This document shows positions 62,584-63,939 of a stretch of 63,939 nt of DNA, piece by piece. The translations under genes and the position numbers were made by a program. Source of the DNA: a virus (lineage: Duplodnaviria; Caudoviricetes); IMG/VR virus record IMGVR_UViG_3300046656_000719, positions 1 through 63,939 of that record. One strand, 5' to 3'. The notes below the pieces were generated by a model. It ran no database searches, was not told the origin of the DNA, and worked only from the letters and a program-made list of their open reading frames with translations. Position 1 is the stretch's first letter. Each line of letters begins with the position of its first letter.

Positions 62584-62681
62584 CCGAAAAACCACATTAT
62601 GACGAAGATCCCACCGAGAACGAGCCCGATCACCAGCACGGCGCAGGCACCGTCGCCGTTGTCGGCGTAGTTACGGAGCAT
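62580..62681 (-). CDS. 33-aa single-TM microprotein
   Basis: MLRNYADNGDGACAVLVIGLVLGGIFVIMWFFG; ATGA overlap with terL. Confidence 0.5.
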   Translation of the reverse strand: MLRNYADNGDGACAVLVIGLVLGGIFVIMWFFG

Positions 62682-63249
62682 AGTCGGGGTCGATGACGTC
62701 CTCGGGGGGAACCGGGGTGGCGGCGGCTTCGTAGACCAGCTTCTGCACTTCCTGCGGAGTGACCCCGCGCAAGGTTTGTTGGGGAGCAGCCGGGCCGAGG
62801 TTGATGACGAGTTGATAGGTGCCGCCCGCGCCGTTCAGGTTGAGGGTAGCCCCGTTACCGGGAGCGGTGGCGGACTTGAACCGGTCCGCCTTGCCGGAGA
62901 CGGTGCCGAGGATCTCGTGTGCTTTGAGGCGGGCTAGGGCGGGCTGCGCAGGATCGGCGAGGATTTCGTAGACGATGGGGAGCCCCGCTTCGTGCAGGAC
63001 AGCGGACTTGGCTTCCACGCCGAAACCGGCCGCGGTGAGTTCTTGAACGAGAGCCCGGACCCGTGCAGTGAAGGTGGGCGAAGTAAGAAGTTGACTGAAA
63101 ACCTCTAAGGGGATCGCGTTCCTATGCAGCAACTCCTCGATGGGAAGGGCGGGTCCGCAGCGGTTACGCGCTACGAGGAGCGCGACGAAGTCTTCCGTGA
63201 TGGCATCTTCGACCTGCGTGAGCAGTTCTTGCGGGCGTTGCAGCGGCAC
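62671..63249 (-). CDS. Terminase small subunit (putative)
   Basis: GGAGG RBS and GTG start; helical; ARLKA..., LVINLG tail; upstream of terL. Confidence 0.6.
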   Translation of the reverse strand: MPLQRPQELLTQVEDAITEDFVALLVARNRCGPALPIEELLHRNAIPLEVFSQLLTSPTFTARVRALVQELTAAGFGVEAKSAVLHEAGLPIVYEILADPAQPALARLKAHEILGTVSGKADRFKSATAPGNGATLNLNGAGGTYQLVINLGPAAPQQTLRGVTPQEVQKLVYEAAATPVPPEDVIDPDYAP

Positions 63250-63293
63250 GGCTCCTCCGGACGTTGTCCGGAGGAGTATACCGGTCTCGCTAA

Positions 63294-63776
63294 CTACAGC
63301 GGCATGACGACCGGGGGGACCGGGCCGCCGGTCGGGTAGTTCGGGGGGCTCGGCCAGCCAGCCGACAGACTGGTGTCGATCACGGTCCAGCGCGCACCCA
63401 CACCGGAGATCCAGATGACGGCCAAGGCTTTGCCCTGCGGAACGCTCGGGGGCAGCGGCGGCCAGATGACGCCCGGGGGCGGCAGCGCATGGTCCGGCCG
63501 GGCCGGGTAGATCGGCAAGCCGTTGTCCACCTGCGGCGGCAGCGGCAGGGGGTGACCCGGGTGGGCCATGTCGGGTGGAAGCGGGGGGAGCCCTTGGCTG
63601 GGGTGGCCCGGGGAGCCCGGGAGCCCTTGATCGGGAGAAGGCGGGTTCGGAAGACCCTGACCGGGATAGACGGGGCCGCCCGGGAGTTCTTGGCCCGGCA
63701 GTCCTGATGCGGCAACGGGGTCGAGCATCACCAGCGAGCGAGCGCCGGTGGAGAGATTGGTGAGCACGGCAAGCAT
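63294..63776 (-). CDS. Pro-rich protein with PxQGLP repeats
   Basis: AAGGAG RBS; PGQELP, PGQGLP, PDQGLP, PSQGLP, PDHALP. Confidence 0.65.
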   Translation of the reverse strand: MLAVLTNLSTGARSLVMLDPVAASGLPGQELPGGPVYPGQGLPNPPSPDQGLPGSPGHPSQGLPPLPPDMAHPGHPLPLPPQVDNGLPIYPARPDHALPPPGVIWPPLPPSVPQGKALAVIWISGVGARWTVIDTSLSAGWPSPPNYPTGGPVPPVVMPL

Positions 63777-63925
63777 GGGATCTCCTTGGGTGGCGGGTGA
63801 GAATGGGAGTATGCACGCGAGGAGATGACGGTTCGAGGATTTTTGGAAATTTTTTGGGCGCAGCCGCAAAACCATGATACCAGTAGGGTCTCTCGAAAAC
63901 AGGGGCCTTGCGATGAGGGGGACAG

Positions 63926-63939
63926 ATAAAGGGGGGGCC
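63926..63939 (+). repeat. Terminal direct overlap, right copy
   Basis: ATAAA-G7-CC. Confidence 0.7.

Larger units (their letters stand above)
1..63939. mobile_element. Complete or near-complete podovirus-like dsDNA bacteriophage genome, two converging transcription arms
   Basis: Terminase, portal, capsid, tail and ejection genes on - strand; PolA, helicase and primase on + strand; no host housekeeping genes; ends overlap. Confidence 0.95.

Noticed and set aside
58649-63882. Possible late extended -10 promoters on the - strand (TGCTATAGT ~58650, TGCTAGCAT ~61128, TGGTATCAT ~63878)
   Set aside because: Short and degenerate with no supporting -35; needs TSS data
1-63939. tRNA/rRNA genes, integrase, phage RNA polymerase
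   Set aside because: No cloverleaf, recombinase or RNAP motifs recognised by eye; tRNAscan and HMM searches are needed to confirm absence

Overview
The window looks like one complete ~63.9 kb, GC-rich tailed dsDNA phage genome. It has a podovirus-like gene set (no tape measure or sheath, large ejection proteins), and the host is probably a proteobacterium. The two ends share a short overlap, which suggests a circular assembly. Left arm (+ strand, ~0.17-29.4 kb): AT-rich control region with IHF-like sites, an HTH protein, a DUF3150-like/MoxR-AAA/metallopeptidase-vWA module, about 30 small accessory ORFs including a DPPY methyltransferase and a clear anti-CBASS Acb2 homologue, then replication genes (DEDDh exonuclease, PolA, Cas4-like nuclease, VRR-NUC, SNF2-like helicase, SSB-like protein, primase-helicase). 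Right arm (- strand, 63.8-29.45 kb): terminase, portal, scaffold, capsid, two decoration paralogues, adaptors, four fibre/receptor-binding proteins, nozzle, GNAT, ejection proteins, a methyltransferase-PAPS-reductase fusion, a 3233-aa polyvalent protein and an HNH. Most notable: (1) a 14-18 bp palindrome, (TT)ATTTTCGCGAAAAT(AA), found 14 times, only in the early arm, densest near the left end, including copies inside essential genes and one at the arm junction; (2) two RBS-led genes overprinted in another frame inside the giant protein, which itself carries FtsK-gamma, GHKL-ATPase and three HExxH regions; (3) a fibre ending in an atypical Hint (intein-like) domain; (4) no recognisable endolysin or integrase. 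All family calls come from motif recognition by eye; no database searches were run.
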